From: Octopus bimaculoides
Lineage: Eukaryota
DNA length: 63,480 nucleotides
Assembly: GCF_001194135.2 (NCBI RefSeq)
Contig: NC_068984.1
Span: 59,490,497 to 59,553,976 of the forward strand
Direction of reading: 5' to 3'
Shown: positions 60,802 through 63,480 of the stretch, piece by piece
How the letters are laid out: each line of letters begins with the position of its first letter
How positions within the stretch are numbered: the stretch's first letter is position 1
The notes under the pieces: generated by a model
What the model was told of the DNA's origin: nothing
Database searches by the model: none
What the model saw: the letters and a program-made list of their open reading frames with translations, nothing else
Position numbers and translations under genes: made by a program

Positions 60802-61779
60802 GGAATCCAAGTGAACTCTTTGAGTGAAAACTACCACTCTATTTGAATTTTAAAAAAAAATAGTTTCATTATTCTTTTACAATCATGTTGCAACTGTGGA
60901 ATAATAGCAAATTCAATGAGCTGTGATTTTGACTTTCAAATCTTATTCGTGTTCATTTCACTGTATTAATGTTTTTAAGATAAGTATGTGTGTCACACAA
61001 TCTAATTTTCCTACCCCATAGATATTTGGTGTTATGCCTATTTAAGAAACAAACTTTACATACCTTTTATAGATATTTTATAAAAAAATTTTTAAAAGCT
61101 GATGTCGATTTTTCTGTAGCCTTTCCTGTGCAGTTGGTGAACTAATGCAAGTCTCGGGTTCATTTGTTTTACATCTGTTTTTCCATCCTTACAAGGGTTG
61201 GGTGAATGTTGAGGTATTGTTTTTATAGTTGTATACCCTCCTTGATGCTAACCCTTACCTGTTTTCCAAGTTATAATAGATTTCTTATTCTATACAGTTT
61301 CCAAGACACAATGTAGCTAGACAATTTATTGACAGGATTTTTAGAAACTTTTTTAATTATCTTTCTCTTTCTGGAATAACTACATTTTAAAAGTAAGTTT
61401 TGTTTGAACAAACTGCTTTAGCTATATTTATGATTAAATATTGAGTTTAGCTCACTCTACTCCAACTCTGTTTAACAATTACTGCCTCTATTAAAATATC
61501 CTAAGCAATTTCGAAATGTATGCATGTTCTGTAATGTTTGTAAAGTGTATCAATAATAAAAGGATTTCATTTGTAAATTATATAATTGTGATATGTGTAC
61601 AACATATGGCTGTATATAATATAATGGTAAAGTTTGTGGTGTTTTTAAAATTTTTTAAATTTATATATACTTTTTCTGTTTAATGATTTAGTCAAAAGAG
61701 AACTGGCATTGCCCATAGCTCTTTTCAAATCTTCAAAGCTGGTAAGGATAAGTTACCTTCAGACCAGAGATCCTAGTCC

Positions 61780-62283
61780 AAATGCTTGCAACAGTGTGTA
61801 CTCCACTTAAGGCACCCAAGGTCCAGGTGGTAGTGTCGAATTGGGCACCATGCCACTGGACTGGCTCCTATGCAGGATACGAAACTTGGCTTGTAAAGAC
61901 CTGTTGGGGCAAGCGAAATCGAAATCGTGATGGCACCTGTGCCCAGCATCGTCTTCCTGGCACTTGTGCTGGTGGCATGTATAAAGACATTCGAGCGAGA
62001 ACGTGCCAGTGCCGCTGGACTGACTCCTGTGCAGGTGGCACATAAAATACACCATTTTGAGCATGGCTGTTGCCAGTACCACCTGACTGGCCCTCATGCC
62101 GGTGGCACGTAAAAGCACCCACTACACTCTTGGAGTGGTTGGCGTTAGGAAGGGCATCCAGCTGTAGAAACTCTGCCAAATCAGATTGGAGCCTGGTGTA
62201 GCCATCTGGTTCACCAGTCCTCAGTCAAACCGTCCAACCCATGCTAGCATGGAAAGCGGACGTTAAACAATGATGATGATGAT
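61780..62283 (+). mobile_element. Family C SINE, longest copy in the window
   Basis: Repeated ggtggca(c/t)gtaaaa modules and the (GAT)n tail; CpG-rich, so relatively young. Confidence 0.85.
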
Positions 62284-62394
62284 TAGAATACAGGTGGAAT
62301 AAATTGAATTTGAGTCAGGTATATGAGTACGGTCAAGTTGTTGCAAAAAAAAAAAATGCATAAATTGTTGAGAAACAAATACTATATTTGAAGT

Positions 62395-62680
62395 TATGTA
62401 GCCTAATGTTTAGAGTGAGACATTCATGATTGTTAGATCATGGTCTTCATTCCTGGACTGTATGTTATATCCTTGAGCAAAACACTCCGTTTCATGTTGC
62501 CCTGCCATCACTTTGACATGTGGCACATTGTGCACCTGTACAGACAATGTCACTTTGATTGGAGAGAGTGAGTTAATGTGTCACACCAACATTTGATCTC
62601 TATAAACAAAACATCTGTGCAGGTTGTTTAGCACGAAGTTGTGGAACACTCATTTGTTTGTCTACAACAAAAGAGTCTGC
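62395..62680 (+). mobile_element. tRNA-like SINE of another family
   Basis: tagcctaatgtttagag head and ccttgagcaaaacact block typical of tRNA-SINE cores. Confidence 0.45.
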
Positions 62681-63480
62681 AACAAACAAATATTTAAAAT
62701 TGGTTTCAAATTTTGGCACAAGACCAGCAAGTTCGGGGGAGGGGTCAGTTGATTATGTCGATCCCAGTACACAACTAGTACTTATTTTATCGATTCCAAA
62801 AGGATAAAAGGCAAAGTTGACCTCAGCAGAACTTGAATGCAGTATGTAAAGACAGAATTTGAACTCAGAACATAAGGACAGATGAAATGTCACTAAGTGT
62901 TTTGTCTGGCATGCTAACAATTCTGCCAGCTTGCTGCCTTAAACAAATATGGGAAATTAAACTTTTGTACTGGTGACCTTTTGTCTATCCATCTGTTTTA
63001 GAGTTTAATACTTTGGGCAGTTTGTGATAGGAATAACAACTTACTGTGACTAAGGAAAATAGACTTTCTATATGATTTGATTATAATTGTTTTTACCATC
63101 AATGACATTTTAACAAGATTTCGCTGGTTTGAATGTTAAAGAGTTAATGTTGATATAGCAGAAATTAAAGGTGACCCAGGTACCTTTATCATTCTAAATT
63201 CATCCTTCTGTGTGTGTGTGTGTAAAAGGGATCAGAAGAATTGGCACTTTTAGTATCAGTTATATATTGAGTTAAATTGACTTGATTATAACTGCCATTT
63301 CAAATCTCCCACAAATTTTATTTTATTGAATATATGTATTTTTTGACTTTCAATTATTGCAACCTTTATACTTTAAATATCATTCAACCACGGTAGTGGT
63401 TGAATATATTCTTAAGTCCACCATTTCGTCAATCGCAACAGCTTCCAAGCTTCACCACTAATTCAGTTCTTAACTAAATT

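Noticed and set aside
61782-62179. Several overlapping 60-103 aa ORFs
   Set aside because: All fall inside the GC-richer family C SINE; the same peptide recurs at 12012-12248.
1-63480. CRISPR arrays, rRNA genes, prokaryotic operons or terminators
   Set aside because: None seen; the sequence is eukaryotic, and no regularly spaced repeat-spacer structure was found.

Overview
AT-rich, repeat-dense animal genomic DNA. The SINE/LINE families and short gaps flanked by microsatellites suggest an octopus (coleoid cephalopod) assembly; this is inference. One complete protein-coding gene is supported: a two-coding-exon neurensin (NRSN1/Neuro-p24 family) gene on +, CDS 1281-1523 joined to 15104-15604, 247 aa, 13.6-kb intron. 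A second gene probably starts at about 44.9 kb: an NRF1-like palindrome followed by a 14-codon exon (MAEVARAELLSTFQ|GT) resembling the FAF1/caspar N-terminus. A divergent spliced minus-strand transcript is possible at 43.9-44.3 kb. The rest is decayed mobile DNA: a full-length mariner, Tc1, two DD37D-like copies, hAT and mariner MITEs, RTE, CR1/jockey-like and RLE-type non-LTR fragments, a Penelope-like RT, several SINE families, and microsatellites. The most striking signal is a set of long fold-back palindromes at 0.1, 8.7, 12.8, 18.8 and 25.5 kb. Three of them carry type-I hammerhead ribozyme motifs of three different sequence families, all pointing outward from the palindrome centre and ending at or near simple repeats. 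Two more decayed hammerhead remnants and a dead Penelope-like RT lie among them. One hammerhead with a canonical core is in the sense strand of the neurensin intron. All alignments were done by eye, so repeat boundaries are approximate unless TIRs or TSDs are given.
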